Part shown: piece by piece, positions 44,037 through 44,070 of the stretch | How positions within the stretch are numbered: the stretch's first letter is position 1 | How the letters are laid out: every line of letters begins with the position of its first letter | Assembly (NCBI GenBank): GCA_036522695.1 | Contig: DATDFI010000451.1 | Location: forward strand, 1 to 44,070 | From: Bacteroidia bacterium | Lineage (GTDB): Bacteria > Bacteroidota > Bacteroidia > JADZBD01 | Direction of reading: 5' to 3' | Length of the DNA: 44,070 nucleotides | The notes under the pieces: generated by a model | The model's database searches: none | Told to the model about the DNA's origin: nothing | The model's input: only the letters and a program-made list of their open reading frames with translations | Made by a program: the position numbers and the translations under genes

Positions 44037-44044
44037 CATTCTGT

Positions 44045-44070
44045 TGGTCGGGATGACTGGATTCGAACCA
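44045..44070 (-). tRNA. 3' fragment of a tRNA gene (T loop, acceptor 3' strand, encoded CCA); identity undetermined
   Basis: The reverse complement reads TGG-TTCGAAT-CCAGT-CATCCCG-A-CCA, that is T stem/loop, a 7-nt acceptor strand, discriminator A and CCA. The rest lies beyond the window edge. Confidence 0.75.

Noticed and set aside
43983-44039. The upstream GTG/ATG extension giving the 313-aa version of the zinc-ribbon methyltransferase.
   Set aside because: The extension runs through the terminator hairpin of the adjacent tRNA (44012-44036). The conserved zinc-ribbon N-terminus starts at the ATG at 43982.

Overview
This 44-kb chromosomal segment has Bacteroidota hallmarks: three proteins with T9SS C-terminal sorting domains, a PorZ-like gene, the dut / nucleotidyltransferase / TPR / DUF4292-like / EnvC-like envelope cluster, and TAnnTTTG-type -7 promoter boxes. 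I call about 45 protein genes on both strands, one complete tRNA-Arg(CCG) and the 3' end of a second tRNA. Most of the content is housekeeping: atpA/atpG, gatA, tatA, dut, recO, a crotonase, a lytic transglycosylase, an ABC exporter, an amino-acid permease plus a PLP lyase, and methyltransferases. I found no transposase, integrase, CRISPR array, restriction-modification genes, canonical toxin-antitoxin pair or other recognised defence or mobile module. I therefore read the window as mostly ordinary core genome and cannot point to a demonstrably novel system. The best candidates for follow-up are: (1) a tightly packed four-gene minus-strand operon (8061 to 4189) that includes a 190-aa unrecognised protein whose strand-HG ... 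strand-C layout resembles a minimal caspase/CHAT-type (clan CD) fold; (2) two unusually long non-coding gaps (1441-1843 and 24548-24987) with nested complementarity that belong to no obvious transcript; (3) a REP-like palindromic repeat family present twice; (4) an ABC ATPase with a Walker-B Asp to Tyr substitution; (5) a pyrimidine-dimer glycosylase translationally coupled to a TonB-C-domain protein; (6) short direct-repeat, operator-like motifs upstream of the flippase, the T9SS glycosidase-like gene and recO. All protein calls rest on motif recognition by eye, not on database searches. Several start codons were moved from the ORF-track coordinates, with the reasons given per feature.
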